Shown: positions 60,444-64,000 of the stretch, piece after piece | Layout of the letters: every line of letters starts with the position of its first letter | How positions within the stretch are numbered: position 1 is the first letter of the stretch | Assembly (NCBI GenBank): GCA_027492035.1 | Contig: JAOZFT010000020.1 | Span: forward strand, 75,071 to 139,070 | Direction: 5' to 3' | DNA: 64,000 bases | Origin: Thermoproteota archaeon | Lineage (GTDB): Archaea > Korarchaeota > JAOZGF01 > JAOZFZ01 | Program-made: the position numbers and the translations under genes | Notes under the pieces: model-generated | Database searches by the model: none | What the model saw: the letters and a program-made list of their open reading frames with translations, nothing else | Told to the model about the DNA's origin: nothing

Positions 60444-61283
60444 TTAGAGGGGTAGTTTCAGCCACGTAAATACACCCATCATTTTCAAAGCCATATACAC
60501 CATTACAGCTATAAATATGTATTTCAGGTTTTTACCAGATATTTTGTGTGCAGTAAAGGCTCCAACTTGGGCCATAGGCACACTTGTAGCTGCTAATAGA
60601 ATCCACTGTAACAAGTTAACGTACCCAATTGAGTAGGGTGGTAAAGAAACACTGCTTCTACCTATTGTGGCTAAACCGTAGTAGATATACGCCAAAACCC
60701 CTCCTATAGAGGTGAAAATCATTAAGGCAGTTGAGGTACCTACTGCTTGATGCATACGGAACTTCAGCGCTAAAACCATAACTGGAACCATTAACACCCC
60801 TCCCCCTATGCCTATTAATCCACAGGAAAAACCAAGAGGGGTAGCCCATAAAATGTACGGAAGCATGTTTTCAGGTGGTTTTTCCTCTACCTTGACAGGT
60901 TTAGCTGTTAGCATCCTGACGGCACCGGCCAGTATAGCTGCTCCAAAAGCTACCTTAAGAATTTGTCCAGGAAGTATTTGAGCAACATATGCCCCAATCC
61001 AGGAAGTTACAGCCCCTGTTACACCCATTGCGACACTTTGTCTCCATAATACAGTGCCTTTTTTGCTGTGTCTATAGGAGCCACTTATTGCAGTAGGTAA
61101 AACAACCGCTAAGTTTGTTCCGAATGCTGTCAATATAGCTACTTTGATGCTGAAACCTTCAGCCAGTAACACATAGTACTGTACAGGTATCATTATGAAA
61201 CATCCACCTACACCTAACAACCCAGACGCAAAACCTACACCTAACCCAGTTACGAGTAAGGCCGCAGCGTAAATCCAAAACAT
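60444..61283 (-). CDS. TauE/SafE sulfite-exporter family membrane protein
   Basis: GLLGVGG..IMIP, GLIGIGGGVLMVP, AVGTS, GYVNL. Confidence 0.9.
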   Translation of the reverse strand: MFWIYAAALLVTGLGVGFASGLLGVGGCFIMIPVQYYVLLAEGFSIKVAILTAFGTNLAVVLPTAISGSYRHSKKGTVLWRQSVAMGVTGAVTSWIGAYVAQILPGQILKVAFGAAILAGAVRMLTAKPVKVEEKPPENMLPYILWATPLGFSCGLIGIGGGVLMVPVMVLALKFRMHQAVGTSTALMIFTSIGGVLAYIYYGLATIGRSSVSLPPYSIGYVNLLQWILLAATSVPMAQVGAFTAHKISGKNLKYIFIAVMVYMALKMMGVFTWLKLPL

Positions 61284-61413
61284 AGTAAAACACCTTTTAG
61301 TTTTTCTTTAAGGAAGAGTAACATAAAAATATTTAAAAATTTTTATATTTCTTTTTCAAGAAAAATCTAAAAAAAGTAACATTTTAAACTCAGCTGAAGC
61401 CTTAATGTAAACC

Positions 61414-61752
61414 ATGCCCCCGAAAAATTTGCTTGAGAAGGCTTTAGTCAGTTACTGTGGAATTTGTTGTTCACTTTGCCCACTTTACACCTTGAAACAA
61501 TGTCCCGGATGTGCTGAGTTGTTTAAGATGCATGGTAAATGTGAAATAGTGAAATGTGCACAATCCAGAAACGTTGATTTCTGTTTTACCTGTCCAGAAT
61601 TCCCTTGCAAATTGTTTGAGGAAGGATTTGACTTGAACTTTGATGAAATCCCTGAGTATGAAACAATTAAGCTTGGCACAGTTAAATGGAAACCTTACAG
61701 TGAAGAATTTATTCACTACATAAAAACGTTTAAATCTGAAAGAGAAAACTAG
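61414..61752 (+). CDS. DUF3795-type Cys-rich protein
   Basis: YCGICCSLC..CPGC..C.IVKCA...FC..C.EFPC. Confidence 0.8.
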   Translation: MPPKNLLEKALVSYCGICCSLCPLYTLKQCPGCAELFKMHGKCEIVKCAQSRNVDFCFTCPEFPCKLFEEGFDLNFDEIPEYETIKLGTVKWKPYSEEFIHYIKTFKSEREN

Positions 61753-61882
61753 TACTGAACATTTTTCAAAGGTTCTGCAGCCGAAAAAGTTTGGGAATAA
61801 AAACTTGAAACCGGAAGATTTTGCACAGTAGGAACTATTTCAAAGGATTAATGTTCTTCAGTGTCTTGATTTTTTTGAAATT

Positions 61883-62794
61883 TTAAAGTAAGTAACTAAC
61901 CACCAGCAAAGCTTGAGTTACTAAAACCATGATGACATTTTGTTTTAAAGCTTCAGTTAATTTATTTAAGGAATTGTAGTGTTTTAAGGTTACACTGCAT
62001 GCCTTGTAAGCGAAAGGAACAGTTGCCAAGGACGCTAAAGCAGTTAATGGCATAAGTTTTGAAATAACAAATAAAATTATTGATATATACGAAACTGTCG
62101 TCAAGGCAGTGTAAAGTTTGCTGGCTTTTCTTCTTCCCAAAAGAATAACTAAGTGTCTCCTTCCAACTTTTTCGTCTGCTTCAGCATCTGGGAATTGGTT
62201 TAACAAGAGAAGATTTGCTGTAAGTATGCCTGGGGCTATTGATGCAGCTAGGGGTTTTAAAATGTTGAAGTAACCAGCCTGTATAATGTAAGTCCCTAAA
62301 ACCATTAATGGGCCAAAGTTTAAGCCGGCGATGAATTCACCTAAGCAGTGCTTGGCGAAGTAATTCGTGTAAAACACTGCTGAAACAGCAGCTACAGCTA
62401 TGATTGGTAAAAGCAGTAAACCTTTAAGGTAAATAAAATAAAGACCTATAGCTAAGCCTGAAATGAAACTTGCCATGCCCATTTTAAACGTTGTTTCGGG
62501 GGAGATTAGTTTAGAAGTTAGAAGCCCGCTTCCGCCGCTGAAAGGAGTTTTCCTTCCACTATTTACAATTTCAGAATCTAAACCGCTTTTGTAATCAAAG
62601 TAGTCATTAAGAACGTTTACGCTTACGTGGGCAAGTAGAACCCCTGTTAATGTTAAGATGAAGAAGAGGGGGTTGAAAAAACCTTGACTATAAGCTACTG
62701 CTGCACCTAAAGAAACTAAAATTGTAGTTAAGAGAAGAAAGGGAGGCCTGGTTTCCAAGAAAAGTATTTTAAGGTCAGTCATAAAATTCTTCAC
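61883..62794 (-). CDS. UbiA/MenA-family prenyltransferase
   Basis: RPPFL, NDYFDYKSGLD, TPFSGGS, GE, NQFPD...D..VGRR.L. Confidence 0.88.
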   Translation of the reverse strand: MKNFMTDLKILFLETRPPFLLLTTILVSLGAAVAYSQGFFNPLFFILTLTGVLLAHVSVNVLNDYFDYKSGLDSEIVNSGRKTPFSGGSGLLTSKLISPETTFKMGMASFISGLAIGLYFIYLKGLLLLPIIAVAAVSAVFYTNYFAKHCLGEFIAGLNFGPLMVLGTYIIQAGYFNILKPLAASIAPGILTANLLLLNQFPDAEADEKVGRRHLVILLGRRKASKLYTALTTVSYISIILFVISKLMPLTALASLATVPFAYKACSVTLKHYNSLNKLTEALKQNVIMVLVTQALLVVSYLL

Positions 62795-62952
62795 CTTTTA
62801 ACAACATCCCTGCTGCTTTTATTAGGTTATGTTTAGAGACAGGGAACCTTTAAAAAGTTTATTTCTTTGAGTGAATCTTCTGTTAAATTGAAATAAAATG
62901 TTTAATAAAAGTTTGATGTATGTCCTGAACTCAGCCCTAACTTTTTAAGTTT

Positions 62953-63516
62953 TCAACTAAGGGATTTTAACAGTCTTTCCCCTAGTACCTTCCTTAGTTT
63001 TTCTAAGTTTTCGCGGTATTCAGGTTCTTTGAGAGGAGTACAAGCTGAAAGTTTAACTTCTCCGTTAAGTAAACTGGAGGCAAAGGCTGAACATGCTTGA
63101 TACCCACATTTCCCGCAATTTATTTTCGGTAAACAAGCATACACTTTCAACCAAGAAATTTTGGAGACCTTAAGGATTTCCTGTTCACTTGGTTTACCCT
63201 TGTTCAAGTATTCATTGTAAGCTTTAGAAATTACTTTCTTAATTTTTTCAAGTATTTCTTGAGCTTCATTAATGTCTTTAGTGTTCGTTACAGCTACTGT
63301 GCCGTCTGGATGTAAAGTGACGAGTCTGTCCCAAACTCTTAACGTAAGTTTGTTTTCACTTTTGAAGTAGTTGCTTTTACCTGGTGGAAACATTAAATAA
63401 ATTGTTGAAATTAAGTCACTGAATTCTTTGTCCGCTTTAGCTATGAACCTAATATATCCTGGGGTTGTGAAACATGGTAGAACCTTCACTATCCTGAATT
63501 CATTAATATATTTCAT
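62953..63516 (-). CDS. Fe-S cluster domain protein (CdhE-like FeS motif)
   Basis: VLPC..PG..R; LPKINCGKCGYQAC.AFA..L...C.P; ATG start MKYINEF preferred. Confidence 0.78.
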   Translation of the reverse strand: MKYINEFRIVKVLPCFTTPGYIRFIAKADKEFSDLISTIYLMFPPGKSNYFKSENKLTLRVWDRLVTLHPDGTVAVTNTKDINEAQEILEKIKKVISKAYNEYLNKGKPSEQEILKVSKISWLKVYACLPKINCGKCGYQACSAFASSLLNGEVKLSACTPLKEPEYRENLEKLRKVLGERLLKSLS

Positions 63517-63829
63517 GATCAACACCTGTCTCTGGTTTAAAGGTGTTTCCAAAGAAAGGTAATGTATCAATAAATCTAAAATTTAAATTATGTTGATATT
63601 TATATCTGCTCTAAAGAGAGAGATGTTGAACAAATTTTAAACTATTTTCTCATTTGCGGAAATTACTTACATTAATCGTAATTGTTCATCGGCGTGTTTT
63701 ACGGATGAAAGCGATGCTTAAGAATCCTTAGAGATAGGGTAAACTTGAAGGAAGACCTAAGGGGGAGGATATAACAAAGGCGACATTTAAAAAAGGGGGT
63801 TTCGAGTGAGGTTTCTGTCCACTGAGAAG

Positions 63830-64000
63830 TTACTCTGTGGGTACATAACCCTTAGAGAATCCCCAAATTATTTCATCCTTAAGGGATTTCCGCACCCATT
63901 TATGTATCAAGTAAAGGAAAGGAATAACCAAGGAAACAACGAATAAACCAAAAATGCCACTGTTCCAGAAACCATGAATAACTATTGCAATCACTAAACC
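63830..64000 (-). CDS. C-terminal fragment of a PrsW/CPBP-like intramembrane metalloprotease, truncated by the window edge
   Basis: Open frame GLVIAIVIHGFWNSGIFGLFVVSLVIPFL..GYVPTE* with an HxxWN motif. Confidence 0.6.
   Translation of the reverse strand, partial: GLVIAIVIHGFWNSGIFGLFVVSLVIPFLYLIHKWVRKSLKDEIIWGFSKGYVPTE

Noticed and set aside
1-64000. CRISPR array or cas genes, prompted by the CARF-like protein
   Set aside because: No regularly spaced repeats or cas ORFs were seen anywhere in the window.

Overview
AT-rich archaeal chromosomal segment. Gene content (H4MPT biosynthesis genes, Fae, IPCT/DIPPS, archaeal ValRS, TrpB2, Ogg2, a REC-PAS histidine kinase, many TTG/GTG starts) suggests an anaerobic, probably thermophilic TACK-type archaeon such as Bathyarchaeia; this assignment is inference. 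It holds about 50 mostly metabolic or housekeeping CDSs and several pseudogenes. I found no CRISPR array, rRNA or tRNA. The leading candidates for new biology are: (1) a class I aldolase (DapA/NanA fold, lacking the DHDPS arginine) fused to formaldehyde-activating enzyme; (2) a stand-alone nurA-herA pair with a mini-intein in HerA, transcribed divergently from a CARF-like/wHTH regulator across a repeat-rich promoter; (3) a Trp-codon uORF with a long-range helix in the trpB2 leader; (4) a ValRS with HIGR/AMSSS in place of HIGH/KMSKS. Features absent from the ORF track include a 42-aa CxxC membrane peptide, an RNase HIII pseudogene, a 53-bp duplication bracketing an oxidative-stress cluster, a probable ATT start for tdh, and an in-frame TGA splitting a surface protein. 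All family calls come from motif recognition by eye, not database searches.
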